A stretch of 64,000 nucleotides of DNA, taken from contig DASWKF010000085.1 in NCBI GenBank assembly GCA_036396795.1, positions 18,368 to 82,367 of the forward strand, given 5' to 3'. A model generated the notes under the pieces. That model saw nothing but the letters and a program-made list of their open reading frames with translations. It had not been told where the DNA came from and made no database searches. Of the stretch, positions 1 to 9,699 are shown piece after piece. The stretch comes from Gammaproteobacteria bacterium (GTDB taxonomy: Bacteria > Pseudomonadota > Gammaproteobacteria > Steroidobacterales > Rariloculaceae). Position numbers and translations under genes: made by a program. How positions within the stretch are numbered: position 1 is the first letter of the stretch; every line of letters starts with the position of its first letter.

Positions 1-362
1 AGCATGCTCGCCGTCGTCGTCTTGCCGTGCGTGCCAGCCACGGCTAGGACCCATTTGTCGGTCAGCACATTGCTCGCCAGCCACTCCGGACCGGAGTAGT
101 AAGGAAGGCCGGAATTCAGCAAAGCTTCGACGGCGGGGTTGCCGCGCCCCAAGACGTTGCCGACCACGACACAGTCGAGCGCATCGGTGAACTGACGCTC
201 GTCGTACCCCTGATGGAGCTGTATTCCGAGCTTCCGCAACTGCGTGCTCATCGGTGGATAGACGTTCTCGTCCGACCCCGAGACCTGATGCCCGGCAGCC
301 TTCGCCAACGCGGCAATTCCACCCATGAAGGTTCCGCAGATACCGAGAATGTGAATACGCAT
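1..362 (-). CDS. mpl: UDP-N-acetylmuramate:L-alanyl-gamma-D-glutamyl-meso-DAP ligase (murein peptide ligase), N-terminal part; the gene runs off the left edge
   Basis: Hand translation of the reverse strand from CAT 360-362 gives MRIHILGICGTFMGGIAALAK. In the same frame it reaches VLTDKWVLAVAGTHGKTTTASML at the window edge. This closely matches my memory of the E. coli Mpl N-terminus and the Mur-ligase P-loop. It is absent from the ORF track because it is truncated. Confidence 0.85.
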   Translation of the reverse strand, partial: MRIHILGICGTFMGGIAALAKAAGHQVSGSDENVYPPMSTQLRKLGIQLHQGYDERQFTDALDCVVVGNVLGRGNPAVEALLNSGLPYYSGPEWLASNVLTDKWVLAVAGTHGKTTTASM

Positions 363-890
363 TTAGAGTTGAGCCGTCGGCAAAAGAAGCTCACCGAGCA
401 CGATCGAGCAGATCACATACCCTATCATGATCACCACGCCCACGATATACGGCTGGTCCAGCGCCCGCGACAGCACCCAACCTGCGATGTCGATGGACCA
501 CAACAGGAGCAGCGCCAACAATGCGGTCGAGATCGCCGAAAGCTGATCCGGATCCGGCGTCGACGAGCGCCATGCCAAGATCGGAACCGCGATGAAGTTC
601 AGCAGAGTCTCCGCGCCCAGCACGGCTGTGACCGTTTGCCAGTAGCGCGGGCGGCGTTTCGCGGCGCTCAGCAATATCCAGAAGAATGCCAGATAGAGCA
701 TGAGATCCGCGACGATCATCGAGAATGCGCGCGGCAGCGACCAATTGATCCGCAAGGCCAATAGGCTTACGGTGATGTAGAAAGGCAGCACCAGAGCAAA
801 GAGAAACCGCGAAACCGGCAAGTCTTCAGGGCCCTTGCGATGCAAGGCAATATCGACGAACACTAGCAGCAATCGCAACAAGATCGCCAA
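363..890 (-). CDS. small polytopic inner-membrane protein, function unknown
   Basis: 175-aa ORF with about five hydrophobic helices (LFALVLPFYITVSLLAL, MIVADLMLYLAFFWILL, GVVIMIGYVICSIVLG). Its TAA stop (363-365) abuts the mpl ATG (360-362), which implies co-transcription. No family recognised. Confidence 0.6.
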   Translation of the reverse strand: MAILLRLLLVFVDIALHRKGPEDLPVSRFLFALVLPFYITVSLLALRINWSLPRAFSMIVADLMLYLAFFWILLSAAKRRPRYWQTVTAVLGAETLLNFIAVPILAWRSSTPDPDQLSAISTALLALLLLWSIDIAGWVLSRALDQPYIVGVVIMIGYVICSIVLGELLLPTAQL

Positions 891-954
891 ACTCTAATCA
901 CGCCCTCGGCGTTTCCTTGGATCATAAACCAGACCTGGCTTCCGGCAGCAACCG

Positions 955-2046
955 ATGAACGATCGTGATCTATATGTCGACGGCGCCGCTGCGCTGAGCG
1001 CTTTTCTCGACGAGATCGAAGCCGAAGCGCTGCTTGCCATCGATACCGAGTTCGTGCGAGAGAAAACCTATTTCCCGCAGCTCTGCTTGCTGCAAATCGC
1101 ATCGAGCGGCCTCATCGGGTGCGTCGACTGTCTGGCGATCGCCGATATGCGCCCGTTGTTCGAGCACCTGCTTCGACCCGAGTGCTGTTGGATACTGCAC
1201 AGCAGCCGCCAGGATCTCGAAGTGATCTACCAACACACCGACCGCCTGCCGGGCCGTCTGATCGACACCCAGGTGGCGGCGGGGCTCGCCGGCTACGCGC
1301 CGCAGATCGGCTTGCAGGAGCTCGCGGCCGACTTGCTCGGCATTCGTCTCGACAAGGACTACACGAGAACCGACTGGAGCCGCCGACCGCTGCCGCGGGC
1401 GGCGCTCGCGTACGCATACGATGACGTTCGCAGCCTCACAGCGTTGTGGAAAACGCTCGAGCGGCGGCTGCAGGCTCTCGGGCGCCTCGAATGGGCGCAA
1501 CAGGATTTTGCGTTGCAGCTGCGCTCGGCGCCGGTCACCCCGACCGCGGCGATATGGGCGCGGCTCAAAGGCCTGCGCTCGCTGGACTCGAGGCAGCGCG
1601 CCGCCGCGCTGGGTCTCGTCGATTGGCGCGAGACTCGGGCGCGGCAACGCAACCGGCCCCGGCGCTGGATTCTTAGCGATGACGCGCTGCTGGAGATCGC
1701 CGCCGCCCTGCCGGATTCCCCCCGAGCGCTGGCGGCCGTCCCGGGGCTGCCGCCCCGGCTCACGGAGCGTTTCGGCAAGGAGCTCGTGGCGGCGGTTCGG
1801 ACGGGCGCGGACGATGAGTCGCGCCGCCTCGCCGACGAGCTTTTCGTCGTCGAGCGGCCCGACAGACAGCGGCTTCGAGAGCTCCAGGCGGGCGTGCAGG
1901 CGCGCGCCGCCGAGCTTGGAATTCAGCCGGAAGTACTAGCCACCCGGCAGGAGCTCACGGACCTGCTGACGCGCCGTCCAGCTCCGCGAATCTCGCAGAC
2001 CTGGCGCTCGGCCGAGCTTCGCGATCTACTGCCGGTGGAAACCTAG
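955..2046 (+). CDS. rnd: ribonuclease D
   Basis: 363-aa ORF with the DEDD exonuclease motif LAIDTEFVREKTYFPQLCLLQIA, followed by an HRDC-like C-terminal region. Length is typical of RNase D. Confidence 0.85.
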   Translation: MNDRDLYVDGAAALSAFLDEIEAEALLAIDTEFVREKTYFPQLCLLQIASSGLIGCVDCLAIADMRPLFEHLLRPECCWILHSSRQDLEVIYQHTDRLPGRLIDTQVAAGLAGYAPQIGLQELAADLLGIRLDKDYTRTDWSRRPLPRAALAYAYDDVRSLTALWKTLERRLQALGRLEWAQQDFALQLRSAPVTPTAAIWARLKGLRSLDSRQRAAALGLVDWRETRARQRNRPRRWILSDDALLEIAAALPDSPRALAAVPGLPPRLTERFGKELVAAVRTGADDESRRLADELFVVERPDRQRLRELQAGVQARAAELGIQPEVLATRQELTDLLTRRPAPRISQTWRSAELRDLLPVET

Positions 2047-2679
2047 CGCGCGCAGCAGGCGCTCGTGAACTTCGTCGACGCTGCCGAGAGCATCGACCTC
2101 GTGCAACAGATCCTCGCTCTCGTAATGCTCGATCAACGGAGCGGTTTGACGCTCGTATACCCGCAGCCGTCTTCGAATCGTGTCTTCATTGTCGTCGTCG
2201 CGTTTGAGAAGCTCACCGCCGGATTCGAGACACTTGTCGATTTCAGCCTGGCTCGAAAAGTAGATGTTCAGGACCTTGCCCGTTTTCGAGCAGGTTCTTC
2301 TGCCGGTCAGGCGCTTCATCAAGATCTCGAAATCGACCTTCATCAGCACCACGGCATGCAGCGCTTGCTCGAGTTCCTCGAGCATCGTTTCCAAGCCGTG
2401 AGCCTGATCGAGATTTCGGGGGAAGCCGTCGAGAACGTAGCCGTCGGCGGCATCCTTTTCTCGGAGCCGCTCCCGCAACATGCCGATCACGATCTCATCC
2501 GATACGAGCTCACCGGCGTCCATGGCTGCTTTGGCGCGACGTCCCAGAGGCGTCGCCTTGGCGACCGCGGCGCGCAACAGGTCGCCGGTGGAGATCTGCG
2601 GAATGCCGCGCTCGGCTTGCAGTCGCTGCGCTTGGGTTCCCTTCCCGGAGCCGGGAGCTCCGAGCAGCACGATTCGCAT
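2026..2679 (-). CDS. adk: adenylate kinase
   Basis: MRIVLLGAPGSGKGTQAQRL P-loop N-terminus, LID segment GRRTCSKTGKVLNIYF, 217 aa. Confidence 0.95.
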   Translation of the reverse strand: MRIVLLGAPGSGKGTQAQRLQAERGIPQISTGDLLRAAVAKATPLGRRAKAAMDAGELVSDEIVIGMLRERLREKDAADGYVLDGFPRNLDQAHGLETMLEELEQALHAVVLMKVDFEILMKRLTGRRTCSKTGKVLNIYFSSQAEIDKCLESGGELLKRDDDNEDTIRRRLRVYERQTAPLIEHYESEDLLHEVDALGSVDEVHERLLRALGFHRQ

Positions 2680-2808
2680 AGTCGACTCTCCGGCGGCGCG
2701 TGATTGACTCGCGTCGGACGCGTAAACTATCCCGCGCCGGCTTCATCGTCAAACCGTCCGGCAGCGTAAAGCCGGCGAATCGCAACGGAAGGTCTACAGG
2801 GAGACAGA

Positions 2809-4071
2809 ATGAAGCAGAACGCATTCTATGCTCAGTCGGGCGGGGTCACGGCCGTGATCAACGCTTCAGCTTGCGGCGTGATCGAAACGGCGAGAAAACA
2901 CTCCGACAGGATCGGCAAGGTGTTTGCCGGAAGAAACGGAATCATCGGAGCGCTGACGGAAGATCTCATCGATACCAGCAAGGAATCCCGGGCGGCGATC
3001 GCGGGGCTGCGCCACACACCCGGCGGAATCTTCGGCTCGGCTCGCTACAAGCTCAAGGGTCTCGAGGAAAACCGGCTCGAGTACGAACGCCTCATCGAGG
3101 TCTTCAAAGCTCACGATATCGGTTACTTCTTCTACAACGGCGGCGGCGACTCGATGGACACGGCCCACAAAGTCTCGCAGATCGGCAAGAAGCTCAAAGT
3201 TCCGGTGACGTGCATCGGCGTGCCGAAGACCGTCGACAACGACTTGCCGATCACCGACGTGTGCCCCGGATTCGGCTCGGTCGCGAAATACGTCGCGGTC
3301 TCGACGCGCGAGGCCGCGCTCGACGTCGCCTCGATGGCGAAAACGTCGACCAAGGTCTTTATTTTCGAAGTCATGGGCCGGCATGCCGGATGGATAGCCG
3401 CCGCCGCCGGGCTCGCGGGACGCTCGTCCGCCGATGCGCCACACATCATTTTGTTCCCCGAGATTCCTTTCGACGAGCGGGCGTTTCTCGAGCGCGTAAA
3501 GCGTTGCGTGGACGGCTATGAGTACTGTGTCGTGGTCGTGTCCGAAGGCGTCCGGAATCCCGACGGCGGATTTCTCGCCGAGGCCGGCACCCGCGACGCT
3601 TTCGGTCATGCGCAACTCGGCGGCGTCGCGGCCGCCGTTGCTGCGCTCGTCAGGGACCGGCTGGGCTTCAAATATCACTACGCGATCGCCGACTATCTGC
3701 AACGCTCGGCGCGCCACATCGCCTCGAAAGTCGACGTCGAGCAGGCTTATGCCGTCGGCAGACACGCGGTCGAGCTCGCGCTCGGCGGCAAGAACGCGGT
3801 CATGCCGACGATCGTGCGGCGATCGGACTCCCCTTATCGGTGGACCCTGGGACATGTCGCGCTCAGCCGCGTCGCCAACCGCGAAAAGTTGATGCCGCGC
3901 AGCTTCATCAGTCGCGACGGATTCTCGATTGCGTCCGCATGCCGGCGCTACCTGCAGCCGTTGATTCGCGGCGAGGATTATCCCCCTTATCGAGACGGCC
4001 TGCCGCGTTATGTGGAGCTGGAGAACATCGCCGTGCCGCGACGGTTGCCCGAGAACTTTATGCTAAGATAG
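2809..4071 (+). CDS. pfp: 6-phosphofructokinase, probably pyrophosphate-dependent (PPi-PFK)
   Basis: 420-aa PFK-family ORF (NAFYAQSGGVTAVINASA, NGGGDSMDTA, PKTVDNDL, MGRHAGWIA). Length and N-terminus resemble the methanotroph/gammaproteobacterial PPi-PFK type as I remember it. Phosphoryl-donor specificity cannot be proven by eye. The adjacent hppA supports a PPi role. Confidence 0.75.
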   Translation: MKQNAFYAQSGGVTAVINASACGVIETARKHSDRIGKVFAGRNGIIGALTEDLIDTSKESRAAIAGLRHTPGGIFGSARYKLKGLEENRLEYERLIEVFKAHDIGYFFYNGGGDSMDTAHKVSQIGKKLKVPVTCIGVPKTVDNDLPITDVCPGFGSVAKYVAVSTREAALDVASMAKTSTKVFIFEVMGRHAGWIAAAAGLAGRSSADAPHIILFPEIPFDERAFLERVKRCVDGYEYCVVVVSEGVRNPDGGFLAEAGTRDAFGHAQLGGVAAAVAALVRDRLGFKYHYAIADYLQRSARHIASKVDVEQAYAVGRHAVELALGGKNAVMPTIVRRSDSPYRWTLGHVALSRVANREKLMPRSFISRDGFSIASACRRYLQPLIRGEDYPPYRDGLPRYVELENIAVPRRLPENFMLR

Positions 4072-4299
4072 CCGCCGATCCGCAACCTTCGGGTGGTCGC
4101 GGCACCAATAAGAATCGGGTTCGCGTAAGGCCTAATAAGGTCTGCACTCCACGAGCGCCTCGCTCCCCCGCAAGCATGCGGGACTCGCACAGCGAGCCGT
4201 TCTTGGATCTCAAGATGACTCGGACACACTGCTGGTGTCAGCCGGACCGCGACGAGCCCGGCCGTGGAGTGCTGCGAATGTGACGGGAGAGATAGAGAG

Positions 4300-6312
4300 A
4301 TGAATCCAGAATCTGCCTTGTGGCTGTCCCTCGGAGCCGCCGCGCTGGCCGTGATCTACGGAATGGTATCGGTGACGTGGATCTTGCGTCAGCCGGCGGG
4401 CAACGCCCGGATGCAAGAGATCGCGGCGGCCGTGCAGGAAGGCGCCAACGCCTACATGAACCGCCAGTACATGACGATCGGCGCCGTCGGCCTGGTGCTG
4501 TTCGTAGTTCTTGGCGGGGCCTTGGGATGGGCGACCGCGATCGGCTTCGCCATCGGCGCCGTATTCTCCGGGCTCGCGGGCTACATCGGCATGTTCGTGT
4601 CGGTGCGCGCCAACGTGCGCACAGCGCAGGCGGCTACCGTCGGGCTCAACCCGGCACTCAAGCTCGCCTTTCGCGGCGGTGCGGTCACGGGGCTTCTGGT
4701 GGTCGGGCTCGGTTTGCTCGGCGTCGCCGGCTACTACAGCCTGCTGCATGCCGCCGGCCTCGGCGAGGACGAGGCTCTGAAAGCGCTGGTCGGCCTGGCC
4801 TTCGGCGGCTCCTTGATCTCGATCTTCGCGCGTCTCGGCGGAGGAATATTCACCAAGGGTGCCGACGTCGGCGCCGATCTGGTCGGCAAAGTCGAGGCGG
4901 GCATCCCCGAGGACGACCCGCGAAATCCCGCAGTCATCGCCGACAACGTCGGCGACAATGTCGGCGACTGCGCCGGAATGGCGGCGGATCTTTTCGAGAC
5001 TTATGCCGTGACGCTCATCGCGACGATGCTGCTCGGCGGTCTGACCATCGATACGCTCGGCGCCAATGCCGTGCTCTATCCGATGATGCTCGGCGCCGCC
5101 TCCATCGTCGCCTCGATCATCGGGACGTTCTTCGTCAGCACTTCCGGCGGCAAGATCATGAACGCCCTCTACAAGGGCGTCATCGTTTCCGGCGTGCTCG
5201 CGGGCATAGCGTTCTATCCGATCACGATGGCGCTGATGGGTGACGGCGCGTTCAATCTTTACCTCGCTGCTTTGATCGGCCTGGCGTTGACTGCGGCCAT
5301 GGTCGTGATCACGGAGTACTACACCAGCACGGAATACAGCCCGGTAAGGAAAGTCGCGAGCGCATCCACCACCGGACACGCGACCAACATCATTGCCGGC
5401 CTCGGCGTCTCGATGAAGGCCACGGCGTTGCCCGTCGTCGCTGTCTGCCTATCGATCTGGGGCGCATTCGCGCTGGCGGACCTCTACGGCATCGCGATCG
5501 CCGCGACGAGCATGCTGTCGATGACGGGCATGATCGTCGCCCTGGACGCTTTCGGCCCGATCACCGATAACGCCGGGGGCATCGCCGAGATGTCCGAGCT
5601 GCCTTCCGAGGTGCGCAATGTCACCGACGCGTTGGACGCGGTCGGCAACACGACCAAGGCCGTGACCAAGGGCTATGCGATCGGATCCGCCGGGCTCGCG
5701 GCGCTGGTGCTGTTCGGCGACTACACCCACAGTCTCGAGGATGCCGGCCTCGGCGCGTTGCGTTTCGATCTCTCGGATCACCGCGTGATCATCGGCCTCT
5801 TCATCGGCGGCCTCGTGCCCTATTTGTTCGCGGCCCTGGCCATGGAGGCCGTCGGGCGAGCCGCAGGATCCGTCGTCGAGGAAGTGCGCAGGCAGTTCCG
5901 CGAGATCCCCGGGATCATGGAAGGCACGACCAAGCCGAAGTATTCCACCGCCGTCGACATGCTCACGCGGGCGGCCATCAAGGAAATGATCGTTCCGTCG
6001 CTGCTGCCGATTCTCGTGCCGATATTCGTCGGCATGCTGCTCGGTCCGGAAGCGCTCGGCGGCCTGCTGTTGGGCACGATCGTCACCGGATTGTTCGTCG
6101 CCATCTCGATGACGACCGGCGGCGGCGCCTGGGACAACGCGAAGAAATTCATCGAGGACGGCAACCACGGCGGCAAGGGATCGGAAGCGCACAAAGCGGC
6201 CGTTACGGGCGATACGGTCGGGGATCCGTACAAGGATACCGCCGGACCGGCGATCAATCCGTTGATCAAGATCATCAACATCGTGGCGCTGCTGATGGTG
6301 CCGCTGCTCTAA
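4300..6312 (+). CDS. hppA: membrane-bound proton-translocating pyrophosphatase (K+-independent type)
   Basis: Multi-TM ORF with H+-PPase signatures [41 protein letters not shown] and [27 protein letters not shown] (Lys rather than Ala) is the K+-independent determinant. Start moved from the track position 4264 to ATG 4300 (MNPESALW), which follows a GAGAG Shine-Dalgarno. Confidence 0.92.
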   Translation: MNPESALWLSLGAAALAVIYGMVSVTWILRQPAGNARMQEIAAAVQEGANAYMNRQYMTIGAVGLVLFVVLGGALGWATAIGFAIGAVFSGLAGYIGMFVSVRANVRTAQAATVGLNPALKLAFRGGAVTGLLVVGLGLLGVAGYYSLLHAAGLGEDEALKALVGLAFGGSLISIFARLGGGIFTKGADVGADLVGKVEAGIPEDDPRNPAVIADNVGDNVGDCAGMAADLFETYAVTLIATMLLGGLTIDTLGANAVLYPMMLGAASIVASIIGTFFVSTSGGKIMNALYKGVIVSGVLAGIAFYPITMALMGDGAFNLYLAALIGLALTAAMVVITEYYTSTEYSPVRKVASASTTGHATNIIAGLGVSMKATALPVVAVCLSIWGAFALADLYGIAIAATSMLSMTGMIVALDAFGPITDNAGGIAEMSELPSEVRNVTDALDAVGNTTKAVTKGYAIGSAGLAALVLFGDYTHSLEDAGLGALRFDLSDHRVIIGLFIGGLVPYLFAALAMEAVGRAAGSVVEEVRRQFREIPGIMEGTTKPKYSTAVDMLTRAAIKEMIVPSLLPILVPIFVGMLLGPEALGGLLLGTIVTGLFVAISMTTGGGAWDNAKKFIEDGNHGGKGSEAHKAAVTGDTVGDPYKDTAGPAINPLIKIINIVALLMVPLL

Positions 6313-6341
6313 GACATTCCAGGCCAGCCGGCGCCACCGCA

Positions 6342-8675
6342 CTAGGACAGCATCGGCAGCGGATAGGGGCGTTCGACGACGTAGCCCTGAACGAAGTCGA
6401 CCCCCATGCGGCGCACTGTTTCGAAGGATACCCGGTCCTCGACCTCCTCGGCGATGACTCGAAAGTCCAGCGTTCGCGCAAGCTTTATCATCGCCGTGAC
6501 CATCGCGTGGTTCACGCTGTCCTGCGCGATGTTGCGGATATAGGCACCGTCGATCTTGAGGTAATCGATCGATAGATTCTTGAGATTCGAGAACGAGCCG
6601 ATGCCGCTGCCAAAATCGTCGAGAGCGAAATGGCAGCCCATGCCGTGCAGCACGTTGATGAAGCGGTGGGCGTGGTCCAGGTTGCCGATCACGGCGGACT
6701 CGGGCACCTCGAAGCAGAGTTTCGAGGGAGCGACGCCGGTATGGTCGAGCGCGTCGACGACGAACTCGAGAAAGTGCTCGTCGCTCAAAGTCTGCCCCGA
6801 CAGATTCACGCCGCAGCTGCGGCCCTCGGGCAGGCGAATGGAGCCGCTGGCCAAGGCCGCCAGCGTGTTCTGCACGACCCATCGATCGATATGGAACATC
6901 AGGTGGTAACGCTCGGCAGCCTGAATGAACTGCCCGGGAGAGATGAGCCCGCCCGATTCGTCGCGCAACCGCAAAAGGATCTCCAGCGCCGGCCCGACGT
7001 CGACCCGCCCGCCGACCGAAATGATCGGTTGCACGAACAGCTCGAATTGATCCTCCTTCAACGCCGCCTGCAGGCGCTGTAGCCATTGGATCTCACCGCG
7101 CTGTCTGGCGATGATCTCGTCACGGGAGGAGTAGACGTGCACCCGGCCCCGACCCTGCTGCTTGGCGACGTAGCAGGCGGAATCCGCGGCGCCGAGAACC
7201 GTCTCCGCGGCCCCGCTTTCGTGGCCGATCTCGACGACGCCGATGCTGACGCCGATGTCGAAGATCTGGTCCCGCCATACGAACCGGTAGTCCGCGACCG
7301 CGCGACAGACATCGTCGGTGATCTGTCGGGCCTTATCGAGCGGGCAGCCTACGAGCAGCAGACCGAACTCGTCGCCGCCCAGACGAGCAACCGTATCGGA
7401 GTCTCGAACTTTCTCCCGCAGCAGCGAGGCGATTTCCCGCAGAAGATTGTCTCCGGCGAGATGACCGCAAGTATCGTTGACGGCTTTGAATCTATCCAGG
7501 TCCAGATAGCACACCGCATGGCCGGCGCCATCACCGGCGCGCACGGACTTGAGCGTGCTTTCGAGACGCCGTTCGAACTCGGATCGATTGACGAGCCCCG
7601 TCAACGCGTCGTGGCTCGCTTGATAGGACATCTGCCGCGTCAGGCCCCGAACTTCCGACACGTCATGAAAGATGATCACGCAACCCGCCACGCCGCCGTC
7701 GGCTGAGCGAATCGGAGAAGCCGTGAGCTCTATGGAGCATTCGCGCCCGCTGTGCTTGCTCATGAGCAGCGCCCGGCGCCCGAGACTGATGCGTTTTCTC
7801 TCGGTCAGGCATCTCTCCACCGGATCGCCCAGGGAGTCTCTGTCCACTTCGTCCACGACCGCTATCAAGTCCGTCAGACGCTTACCGAGACCGACGCTCC
7901 GAGATGCGCTCGTCAGATGCTCGGCGGCTTCGTTCATGTAGTCGATGACGCCTTGCGTGTCGGTCGTTATCACACCCTCGCCTATGGACTCCAGCGTGAT
8001 GCGTGCTTGCAGCTTGCCGCGACTGAGCGATGCCTCCAAGCTCTTGCGGTGAGTGATGTCCTTGGCGACGGCCAACAAAGCCGGCTCGTTCTTGAAGCTG
8101 ACGAGCCGGAAATAGAGCTCGGCCCAAAGCTCTTGCTCCTCTCCGGAAATGAGCTGCACCTCGAGAGGCTCCGCGCTCGTTTGTCCCTCGAGCAAGTTGC
8201 CGATGTGCTTGCGGAGAAGCGCGCGGTACGCGGGACGCACGAGATCGGTCACTTGCTTGCCGACCAGGGCCTCGGGGTCGAGGCCGAACAAATCGGCCGC
8301 CGCCCGATTGGCATACAGAATGACGTCCCTGTGCACGAGCGCGAGCTCGGGCAAGGTCACCGCCAACGCCTCGAAGAGCTCGTCTGGGCGCTGTTCGATC
8401 GCCGCCGCCGACCGCGTTCCAATGACACGGTTGATCGAGGCGGTGAGCTCCTCGAAACCCGCGGCACGCCCGGCCGGATCGAGGCCGTGTCTCGCTGCGC
8501 TGCCGGGCCCGAGCGTTTGCAGCTCGTCGATCAGCCGGCCTATTTCCTTGCTGATCCGGCGCCGAAACAAAACGCCGGCGACCGCGGCTGCAAGCATCAC
8601 GGCGAGGACTAGCGCTAGCCAGTAAAGTTGCGGGATCAGGTCCACGCTCAAATTCCTTCCATTAGGCCCGATCAC
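6342..8675 (-). CDS. membrane-anchored PAS/PAS-GGDEF-EAL signalling protein (c-di-GMP turnover)
   Basis: 777 aa. N-terminal TM helix (LYWLALVLAVMLAAAVAGVLF), PAS-like segments, an intact GGDEF motif (RLGGDEFGLLL), and an EAL domain with an EIL variant (LEILLRL; DDFGSGIGSFSNL; QGY). Confidence 0.88.
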   Translation of the reverse strand: MIGPNGRNLSVDLIPQLYWLALVLAVMLAAAVAGVLFRRRISKEIGRLIDELQTLGPGSAARHGLDPAGRAAGFEELTASINRVIGTRSAAAIEQRPDELFEALAVTLPELALVHRDVILYANRAAADLFGLDPEALVGKQVTDLVRPAYRALLRKHIGNLLEGQTSAEPLEVQLISGEEQELWAELYFRLVSFKNEPALLAVAKDITHRKSLEASLSRGKLQARITLESIGEGVITTDTQGVIDYMNEAAEHLTSASRSVGLGKRLTDLIAVVDEVDRDSLGDPVERCLTERKRISLGRRALLMSKHSGRECSIELTASPIRSADGGVAGCVIIFHDVSEVRGLTRQMSYQASHDALTGLVNRSEFERRLESTLKSVRAGDGAGHAVCYLDLDRFKAVNDTCGHLAGDNLLREIASLLREKVRDSDTVARLGGDEFGLLLVGCPLDKARQITDDVCRAVADYRFVWRDQIFDIGVSIGVVEIGHESGAAETVLGAADSACYVAKQQGRGRVHVYSSRDEIIARQRGEIQWLQRLQAALKEDQFELFVQPIISVGGRVDVGPALEILLRLRDESGGLISPGQFIQAAERYHLMFHIDRWVVQNTLAALASGSIRLPEGRSCGVNLSGQTLSDEHFLEFVVDALDHTGVAPSKLCFEVPESAVIGNLDHAHRFINVLHGMGCHFALDDFGSGIGSFSNLKNLSIDYLKIDGAYIRNIAQDSVNHAMVTAMIKLARTLDFRVIAEEVEDRVSFETVRRMGVDFVQGYVVERPYPLPMLS

Positions 8676-8723
8676 AGGCGAGGCCGGCTCGCCAAAGATC
8701 GAGCCGGTGACTTATTGCTCGGA

Positions 8724-8758
8724 GTTCTTACAGGTTCTTATCGAGTTCTTTCCTGTTC
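8724..8758. repeat. helically phased direct repeats GTTCTT(A/T) x3 plus a GTTC half-copy
   Basis: GTTCTTA at 8724-8730 and 8734-8740, GTTCTTT at 8745-8751, GTTC at 8755-8758. Spacing is 10/11/10 nt. The repeats lie 50-85 nt upstream of the PAS-GGDEF-EAL start. Confidence 0.6.
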
Positions 8759-8868
8759 GCACCGAGCGGTATGCCCTTTATCTTCGCCTTCTCCCAGCTA
8801 GGCGATGTTATTCGTATGCCCTGCGAGTTCGCGGGGCTGAAGGGCCGCTACCCTAGCTTCCGAGTCAG

Positions 8869-8884
8869 TGCATTCTTTTGCATT
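8869..8884. repeat. direct repeat TGCATT x2 with 10-nt phasing
   Basis: TGCATT at 8869-8874 and 8879-8884 (TGCATTCTTT TGCATTTCCC), in the same low-GC intergenic region. Confidence 0.5.
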
Positions 8885-9031
8885 TCCCTCGTCCGGTTTA
8901 AGATACCCTAACCGGTGGTCTCGGGTCCCCGAGAATTCACCATAATTCTTACGGTATCGGCTTGTGCCTCCGGCGCAAACTCCGTACTCTAGCCGACCAT
9001 CCTATTGCCTGCCGCCGACCCGAGCCGCTTC

Positions 9032-9682
9032 ATGAACCTCGAATACGCTCGCTCGCAAATGCTTCGCCAGCAGATCCGTGCGTGGGAGGTGCTCGACGAG
9101 CAGGTCCTCGGAATCATGGGTCGAATTCCCCGGGAAGCCTTCGTGCCGGAGGCTTTTCGTGAGCTGGCTTTTGCCGACTTGGAGATCCCACTGGGGAACG
9201 GCCAGCAGATGATGACGCCCAAAATCGAGGGCCGTTTGCTGCAGTCCCTGCGGCTGCTTCCCGTGGACCGAGTGCTCGAGATCGGCACCGGAAGCGGCTT
9301 CCTGACGGCCTGTTTGGCCAATCTGGCCGAAACCGTCGTCAGCGTCGAGGTTTTTCCCGAGTTCACCGATTCCGCGCGCGCGAAGCTCGAAAGCCTCGGC
9401 ACGAGCAACGTCGAGCTCTCGACGGCAGATGCCTTGCGCCTCGAGTACGCGGACGAATTCGATGCGATTGCCCTCACCGCTTCCTTGCCGGAGCTCGACG
9501 AGTATTTCATCCGCATGCTTCGGCCCGGAGGTCGATTGTTCGCCGTGGTCGGCCGAGAGCCGATCATGGAGGCGCGGCTGATCACGCGGCACGCAAACGG
9601 TGAATGGACGCAACAGAGCCTATTTGAGACCGTCATCAAGTCGTTGCTCAATATCGAAGTGCGCGAACCTTTCGCCCTGTAG
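9032..9682 (+). CDS. pcm: protein-L-isoaspartate O-methyltransferase family protein
   Basis: SAM-binding motif VLEIGTGSGFLTA. Length is about 216 aa from ATG 9032 (MNLEYARSQM). The track start at 9005 is a non-ATG extension. Confidence 0.75.
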   Translation: MNLEYARSQMLRQQIRAWEVLDEQVLGIMGRIPREAFVPEAFRELAFADLEIPLGNGQQMMTPKIEGRLLQSLRLLPVDRVLEIGTGSGFLTACLANLAETVVSVEVFPEFTDSARAKLESLGTSNVELSTADALRLEYADEFDAIALTASLPELDEYFIRMLRPGGRLFAVVGREPIMEARLITRHANGEWTQQSLFETVIKSLLNIEVREPFAL

Positions 9683-9699
9683 GCGATCGAAACGGCATC

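Noticed and set aside
213-764. 183-aa plus-strand ORF overlapping mpl and the membrane-protein gene.
   Set aside because: It is antisense to two supported genes and its product is an Arg/His/Gln-rich sequence with no motif.
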